Source: Tubiluchus corallicola | Lineage: Eukaryota > Animalia > Priapulida | NCBI GenBank assembly: GCA_030141605.1 | Contig: JAQGDQ010000093.1 | Span: 590,464 to 654,463 of the forward strand | Length of the DNA stretch: 64,000 nt | Direction: 5' to 3' | In this document: in pieces, positions 56,331-64,000 of the stretch | Layout: each line of letters opens with the position of its first letter | Numbering within the stretch: the stretch's first letter is position 1 | Notes under the pieces: generated by a model | The model's database searches: none | Seen by the model: only the letters and a program-made list of their open reading frames with translations | What the model was told of the DNA's origin: nothing | Program-made: the position numbers and the translations under genes

Positions 56331-56928
56331 CATCCTTTCTTTGCCTTCTCTTCTTTCGTTCCCTTTCCTTAGGGTCCCTTCCCTAGCCTTGTTTTCCTTT
56401 CGGATGCTTCACTTTGCGTTTGTGTCTTTGTGTTTTTTCAATACACAATTTGTTTAATTTGGCGTCTCTCCTGAACACTCTATGATGTCTGCTGCCTGTC
56501 CCACCCACCGACGCCCTCCCCCTAACTGTTACTATGTGATTAAGAATAATTACCTACCTTATCAACTACATAACAAAAGCAACACTTTTATATGAAAAAT
56601 AGCCATTATTTTCTCCAGTAATGGTTTACCGTCAGTGTCAATAGTGCATGAAGGAACCACCAATCATTCAGGGCTGCTCTGATTAATGCAAATAAGTCAT
56701 ATGACTAATACATAAGTACTTCGTTTTTTATTGCAAGTAAAATAAATGGTGTGTATGACTGATAGCCATTCGTAGGGAGCAGTTATCGTTCAGTAATAGA
56801 CAAACCTGGATACTTTATTCAATTCAATTCTATTCAATCCAAATTTTTATTTCGGTTAATAAGACCATGTAAAATAGGAATACACTACTAAAATGAAAAT
56901 AAAATGCAACGAAATAAAATTTACAAAA

Positions 56929-56962
<34 letters not shown>

Positions 56963-57597
56963 CAATGACATTATATATAGTAATTTAATATTATTATTCA
57001 TAGTAATTAGTGTTATGAAGTGCCATATTAATATATGTAATGAGGTAAGAACAGAAAGATTTGATAGACGGACAGTTAAAATGTGTGGATTTCGCACCCG
57101 TTCTGCACTTTTCATACGAGGGGACTCGGTCAAAATGCTGCTTCAGATTTCTTTCGATATCTCATACTTTGGATTTGCAAAAGTATATAACATGACTAAA
57201 AGCCGGGAGCGTAACACGACAGCCTAAGCTAATACTTCGATCTCTTTCATCACTATTATGTATGTTTCTACATAAAGCGATTTAGACAATTACTTGTGGT
57301 GTATTAGTAGCACTATTACCTAGTGCTTACGTGGTTATTGTTATGACAGATATTTACCTAAGTGTGCTTCGCAACTACTTGTATTGTAGTCCTTTTTATG
57401 TAATAATTGTGCTTGTTTGTCATATGACTCTTATATAAAAAGCGGCTCACCAATTGTTTGTGCTGATTTTGAGAGGCGTGTAAGAAATTTATAACACTGG
57501 TCACCGGGTTTTTAAAATCTGACGCTTCTCAAAATTTGGGGCCCTATTGGCAAAAACCCCTTGCGATTTGGGTGAATTACTTATAAGGATATTTTAA

Positions 57598-57939
57598 AGA
57601 AGGACGGGATGATTTTACATTTTCAAGTCCGAGCCTCTAAAAAAGTATATATCGGACTTGTCGAGTGAGTGCAGTTCGTCACAAGCTAACACATCTGAAC
57701 TGAGAGGTACAATACTTATTTCTTGTGTAACGCGTTTCTGAAATGCGGGCTCTAGAGCCCGTCTAACTAGCGAATGGTGAAATGCACGTAACAGAGAAGA
57801 ACAAGTGGCATGAACGTAAAATTGTGTTTGTGTGGTAATCAGTCTTCCACGTAAGTCATTTTTGAAAAAAATAGTTTGTTTCCTTTCAGTATTTTAAAGA
57901 ATAGATTGTTTTGACCTACAGCTTGGGTCCAATTTTGGT
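57598..57939 (+). mobile_element. Family C internal-deletion derivative
   Basis: TTAA at both flanks; ctgaactgagaggtaca and aattgtgtttgtgtg shared. Confidence 0.7.
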
Positions 57940-58740
57940 TTAACTGTTTATGTATTCGATGTTGTTTCTACTTGCCTTTTCTGCTTATCACGTGACCTGC
58001 ATGATTGTATAGAGATACGCACTGGCGCTGTTAATGTTATTTTAATCAGATTAGGCCCCCACTTTGTGTGACCACCGCCTCCCTCACCAGTCACTGAACA
58101 CACATGTATCAACCCGTGATTTGCTCAGTGTTGACAACCCGTGTAAGGCGAACACTAATTTACACCAATTATTTAACCAGCTGCTAGAATCCCCTCAACC
58201 AGCACGAAAACTTTGTTGCCCCAGGGCAGGAATTCTTTCCTGGCGTTGCCAAAGAGTTAAATCGGGGAACTCCGTCGTCTGCACCAGTTTCACTGTGCTG
58301 CGCAACAAGCCCGCCAGGCGCATGCTGTCGATAAAAACATGTAGCACGCCAGCATACGCAGTTGTTCAATAATAATGCATTTTTTTCACAAAATGTTTGG
58401 CCTACATGTAGTAAATAAATACAGTTGAATAGAATCAGTTTATCTTTCATAGAATCATCAAATCTCCACGCCTAATTTGATTTGATTTGCCTCCCACGTT
58501 ACAATTTTACAACCGCCTACAAACCATTGTGTTCCATGATTATAGGTCTGACTCAAATGATGTTAAACTTTTATTCCAAGCCTGTAATTTTCTTTTTGGT
58601 TGGAGATGTAGCAGACAGATAGAGTGGTACAAAGACAGAGTTGTGTTCTGCCGCCACCAATGCGTTTCTTGCAAGAACTGCGCAGAAAAGGTTTTTCCTG
58701 ATATTTTGTTTGAGCTCTTTTAGTGACGCTTTTCAATACC

Positions 58741-58744
58741 AGAG

Positions 58745-58817
<73 letters not shown>

Positions 58818-59213
58818 CTTAATCTTTTTTATATCGTACCGTAACATTCATTCGCTTAAAAGAGTCCAACTTTTTCTGTCTTTAAAAGCACTTCAAACTT
58901 TTAAGGTCAACAAGAAAAAGCAGACATTTCCAGCAATTTCCAAATTTATGTTTCATAATTATTTTAATTAAAACAATTATTAACACCGTGCTAAATACTA
59001 CTTAAAGAATAGGCAGCATCATTACTTAACGACATTAGTTACGTACTGCCATCTAGGTAAAAATATGTAAAAGCAAAACAAATTACATAGCTTTAATCGT
59101 TAGCACTATGAGGTTTAAAAACCAACGACAGAGGTAATTCTTCTTTAGCCACAATTATTAGCACATTGGGGAGGGGGGCAAAAATAAAAGAAAAGACAAA
59201 TAGGGGGCTACCG
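58741..59213 (-). mobile_element. Young ~400-bp element, copy 2, with (GA)n tract 58741-58814
   Basis: Near-identical reverse complement of 22676-23080; short (GA)n also on the other flank. Confidence 0.9.
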
Positions 59214-59612
59214 AGAGAGAGAAATGAAATATATGTATATCTTGCAAGGATAAAATTTCTATTTACTTTATTCCATTTTTAATACACATACTGTATGCTC
59301 AGCATGTGTCGATAATTCGTCACAGAATACCTGAAAAAGTTTCTCGATTATTTGCGCGAGAAATTTTATTTAAACCTATGTGTAACATTTGTAAATAAAA
59401 TTATTTTTTACAACTATTCCTACTAGTTATAGCGGGCCCTATATTCCTGTGGACAGAGTAGGCCTAATTAGGCTATACAATTCAGCAGGCCTACGTAGGG
59501 TACATAGGATAATCAACATTCTGTTATCAGAATTCAGAACGGGCCATTTGCGCGTGCGCTGTACAAGAAATCAAAAATTTGTTAGTTAACACAATGTATT
59601 TATTTTTTTCAG

Positions 59613-59655
59613 ATTTAAGCCTTTAGTAATTTGTTCAAGGAAAGTCTACTAAACG
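59613..59655 (+). other. Candidate 43-nt non-coding plus-strand exon
   Basis: tttatttttttcag|ATTTAA...TAAACG|gtaagt; stops in all three frames. Confidence 0.25.
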
Positions 59656-60174
59656 GTAAGTAGGACACTTTTCATAGATATTACACGCAATATAGGCATT
59701 CTTTACTCTTTCAACTTTCATAGATTGATACTCTACAAGCTGACATTGGTACTAAATTCAAAATTAGTAATTTTGACTCTTCGTATTCACGTGACCCAAT
59801 TTTTTCAGCTAGAGCTTGAAAAATCAACTAAGCACGAATTTGAGTGCAGAAAAAATTACTTGTCAAATTCATATAATATAGCAAAATAAGTGGTAATGTT
59901 ATCTAATGAAACAATCTCAACTTTTTCACGAGTACCGAAGACGTAGTCTTGTCATTTTCACTATTAACTTGTATGAAATTAATTGCAGCTGTGTACTTAT
60001 TGTAAGCCTCAAAGCCCTCAAACTGTGATGTGAGTTGTATTATATCTTATCAATAATATGGCAGGGCTACTTGACATATTTTAAATTTTCAAACCCTCAT
60101 TCGCAGATCTTATCTCCATGCTGCAGGTGAATTATAAAGTTATATAAGGGCAGTGTTAAACTTGAATGAAAAAA

Positions 60175-60213
60175 GAGAGAGGGGGAAGAGCGAGAGGAGG
60201 GAGAGAGCGAGAG

Positions 60214-60278
<65 letters not shown>

Positions 60279-60398
60279 TGAGAGGGAGATAGAGAGAGAG
60301 GAAGATGGAGAGAGAGAAAGAGAGGGAGATGGAGAGAGAGAAAGAGAAAGAGAGAGAGAGAGAGAAAGAGAGATAGAGAGAGAGATAGAGGAGAGAAA
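60175..60398. repeat. Interrupted (GA)n microsatellite
   Basis: Direct reading. Confidence 0.95.
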
Positions 60399-61729
60399 AG
60401 GTGGTTTATAGGCACGCGAAATATCTTTAATTATAATTTAATTACAATAACTGTAAAACCATAAGCTCCATCATATCAGGCAGTTTTTTTCCTTAACTTA
60501 TTATTTCCTCTGCTTAACGCCCTGTTCTGAATCCCATAATCCTGTTGGCTGGTCTTTTAACCACAATGCACCGCATCACTAACTCTGTAATCGATGGTCA
60601 GACAATATTGTTGAGGATATACTTCCGGCAAAAGTGCAGTAATCTGCTGGAAGATTTTTGCCAAGGATTAGGGAGGTTGGGAAACAGATTTCTGCTGTTG
60701 GTAACGGCGCAGAAATAGTCTCGTAAGTTAACACCACTTGTCAATCGAGTTTAGATTTCTGAGCATTATGAAGGATTAACCCTTTACATCAAAGAGATGA
60801 GTATGACACCATAGTGATTTACGCTGACGAATCGACATTGATAGTTTTAAAAACAAACGGTTTGTTTATCAATTTAGGAACAAACACCTACACGAGTGAA
60901 TGAACGAACAAATGAATAAAAAACAAACAAGTGAGTGTACTAATTGACAAACAAACAACCCCACAAGCAAACGAACAATAAAATCAAGTAAGCAAGCAAA
61001 CAGATAAGCAACAAACAAACAGACAGGCAGGCAGACAAGCAAGTAAGTAAACCAAATATCAAAGTTACACAAAATTGAATAATGCAGAGACGAAGCGAAA
61101 CATACTAAGACGTTACTGAAGTTGCAGACTAAAATCTGCTTTCTTTACTGACTTGAGGTGCTAAACATTTAGAGTTTTGTGTAGCAGCTGTTTGGTATTA
61201 TATACGAAATTAGTCCAGCAATAATTGAGTGTCTGTCAAAACGCTTTAATTGTATTTTAAATGCTAGTCTGCGATCGTAACATATGTCAATACCATTATC
61301 CTGTACCCATTTTATTAAGTACACATCATGCCCGGGGGTGCTGTCTCACCCACACTTGTACGTTATTGCCCCTCCCTCGGGCAGAATAACATTGATCACA
61401 CCCTTGTTTTTATAGTGGAGCGGTGCTGTTAAGCTTGTAATACATCTGCGTGTGCAATTTGTTCATTAGGCTGCAGAAATTTTGACGATTCTTCGAAACA
61501 AACTCTAATAGGTCGCAAGTGTTAATAGAGAGAAACATAGCTGACACTGATTTTAATACTTCTGTGCTATTACTACTACACCTGGCGTCTTATTTTTCTC
61601 CTGAGTCAAACAGGTTTTTGGGGAAAGTTGAACTTCTTTTCGGGAATCCTTCAAGGTTTTTGCCTTTATATAATACTTTCAGTTGGGGAAATGGCTTCGT
61701 ATAATTTGCCAAGTTTTTATATATCACAC

Positions 61730-62490
61730 TGAATGTTGTACAGTAGTACTGTATTTCCTTTTTTCACTTTCACCAACAAGCTCGTGGAATGTTTATGCTG
61801 TTGAAAATTATGTTTAGTTGTGATGTCATTACTGTAGACATAGACATAGTCATAGATATAGACATAGACATAGACATAGACATAGACATAGACATAGACA
61901 GCTAGTTCAGTTCTGATATCATCGCTAGTTAGGCTCCTCCGCCATTAATTAAGTTTTGGGCTTATTTAATCATCAGTAACAATTAGGCATTCTTACTGGT
62001 GGTAATATATTATTGGAAGAGATGGTAATCAGTCTTGGAAGAAGTGCAAGTACATAGGCACTTTTCTAAGCACCTAATATGATATTAAAAGTAGGAAGCA
62101 ACAAGCAATGCATGCTTATCTTCAGCACAAGAATATATTAACTAGCAAGAAATTATGTCTTAACGTAAGACTTCGATTATTTTATGCTTACGTTACCAGC
62201 AGATTCATGTACAACAGTGAAACATGGGGCTTAGCGACTACTCAAGAAAAGCAGATTGAAGAAAAGGATAGCTAAGATAAATAAAGATATTCAACAACTT
62301 CAACCAAATCTGTCTTTAGGAGTAGTAGAACTTAGCTGCAGATAGAAGTGGGTGGAATACTCTGATAAATGTGGATACCTCAATGCCTACAACAGGTGGA
62401 ATGAGACCTTGAAGATAATAGGTGTTAAAATGTATACTTTTTGCCGTGTTCAAAAATGCGGTAGGATATGAAAAATCACCCCGTTTTCTT
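61730..62490 (-). mobile_element. Family C copy split by (GACATA)n and an RTE insertion
   Basis: gaaaattatgtttagttgtgatgtcat...attaattaagtttt on the left; gtgttaaaatgtatactttt...atatgaaaaatca on the right. Confidence 0.65.
62000..62415 (+). mobile_element. Internally deleted RTE-like fragment
   Basis: WKKCKYIGT...RLRLFYAYVTSRFMYNSETW then INKDIQQL...LAADRSGWNTLI; related to the 13110 element. Confidence 0.8.
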
Positions 62491-62633
62491 TTAAAGACCT
62501 GAACTGTTTTTGAACTGTAACGGTGGAAGAATCCGTCGAGTTGATTTTTCATGTTTTTTGAAAACGTCTCGAGTTTTCTGCGAGCAGATCATGATATCAT
62601 TAGCGAATTGTGTTGTCGCCGGTGTTTTCTTAC

Positions 62634-62695
62634 CCGTGACGTCCTGTGCTGCGCTTCCCTAATGGGAACATGAGCTTGTCGAACGTAAATGAAGC
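62634..62695 (-). other. Candidate 62-nt minus-strand exon
   Basis: caactacag|GCTTCA...TCACGG|gtaaga; two open frames; acceptor weak. Confidence 0.2.
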
Positions 62696-62887
62696 CTGTA
62701 GTTGGGCAGTTGCATTGTTAACTTGGCTTCATTGTTAATACTTTGCAAGGAAGATGAAAGGGTTGAGGGTTGTTTGATACCATTATGGTAATTTTGAACG
62801 AGAGAGAAAGACGAATAGAGTAGAGGTAAATGGGGAAATGTACACATTGAAATAACACGAGAAAGAAATGAAAAAGGAGTAGAAACG

Positions 62888-63075
62888 CAGCCTTGAGGCA
62901 CTCGGATTGTGATATTTTTTAAGAAATAATATCTACATTAAAGAAATCAGAAATGTAGCCTCGAGGGGTGCCCAGATTATGAACTTTTTACGAAATAATG
63001 TGTATATGAAAGTGATTAGAAAAAAATAAAAATACAGCCTCGAGGGATGCCCGGAATGTGAACATTTTTAGAAAA
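62888..63075. repeat. Three degenerate ~70-80-bp direct repeats (agcctcgagggxtgccc)
   Basis: Motif at ~62889, ~62957, ~63035. Confidence 0.6.
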
Positions 63076-63099
63076 GTACACATTATGTAAAATCTGAGT

Positions 63100-63730
63100 G
63101 ACGACGTGCAGTAGTGATCTAAAAGTCATTTATGCAATAAATAAAGAGGGTCCAAAGTGTATCCCCGAGGAACGCCAAGTTTATTGTAATTTTTGCTGAA
63201 ATAAAAGGCATCGCACGCGCTGTAAAGCTTTTTAAATTCTCAAATTGAACTCAACTTAGACAGTTATTGAAGAAGCTCAAGTAAAGCTATTGAAGGTTTC
63301 TTACTGCCAAATAAAATTATTGTAAATTTTAAGAATTAATAACTAAATTATTAATACTTTTTAAAAATACTCTTACAAGGTTTTTCAAATCAATCGAGTC
63401 TTTAAAAAATGCCACTTCCTCTGGATTGACAGACACGTGTTATAGGCAGCTAATATTGACTTCACTGTTTCGTGTAGCCCGCAGCTGCTGTTTAAATTCA
63501 ATAAGTTCTTTTAAATTCTGTTTATTTTGTTCTCATCAGTGACTTTCGGCAAAGATTCCCGCCATTGTCTTGGCAATTGGCTTCAGGCTCAGCCGGCTGT
63601 ACAAACAAATAATTTCACAATTTGAAGCATCGTGTCTTTTAATGGTGGCCCAGTTGATTGAGTCATACGCGTTTTAAAAAGCGTTGTAGAAATATAATCT
63701 GGGAATATATTATCTGGGAAGGTGACTGGG
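63100..63730 (-). pseudogene. Decayed non-LTR reverse transcriptase remnants
   Basis: NAYDSINW followed downstream by GVPRGYTLDPL, the expected order of AFDS and GVPQG motifs. Confidence 0.5.
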
Positions 63731-63800
63731 GTTACATTAAATGCAAAGAAGCTAACGCTGTGCTGTCAAGTAAAAACTGAAAAGGTGGAAATGACACAAG

Positions 63801-64000
63801 GCGTAAAGCCGCAAAAGTGCAATAAAAAGTTGCAATGCAACCGCTAAAGCGAAAATGTCGCAATGCGTAAAGCCGCAAAAGTGCAATAAAAAGTTGCAAA
63901 GCAAACGCTAAAGCGAAAATGTCGCAATGCGTAAAGCTGAAAGAGTGCAATAAAAAGTTGTAATGCAATCCCTAAAGTGAAAATGTCGCAATGCTTAAAG
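63801..64000. repeat. 64-bp tandem repeat, at least 3 copies, runs off the window
   Basis: gcgtaaagc recurs at 63801, 63865, 63929. Confidence 0.9.

Overview
This is AT-rich, repeat-dense animal (probably invertebrate) nuclear DNA, not prokaryotic, and it contains no intact protein-coding gene. Almost all ORFs in the track are translations of microsatellites or minisatellites. The window holds: (1) about 20 full or partial copies of four non-autonomous DNA-transposon families with TTAA target duplications and AGG...CCT termini (Kolobok-like), plus hAT-like, Tc1/mariner-like and Harbinger-like MITEs, some nested; (2) decayed non-LTR retrotransposon fragments, including an RTE-like 3' end with five tandem 108-bp copies and a clean CCHC-finger 3' end embedded in a (CT)n tract; (3) a young ~400-bp element ending in (CT)n, present twice in inverted orientation 36 kb apart; (4) many compound microsatellites whose motif changes one base at a time; (5) short unique islands rich in homeodomain, RFX, NRF1 and CTCF-like motifs; (6) several short, splice-site-bounded candidate exons on the minus strand, ending in a polyA-signal-bearing terminal exon near 2.6-2.8 kb. 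The window may therefore be mostly intronic sequence of one long gene. All comparisons were made by eye and boundaries are approximate unless termini are quoted.
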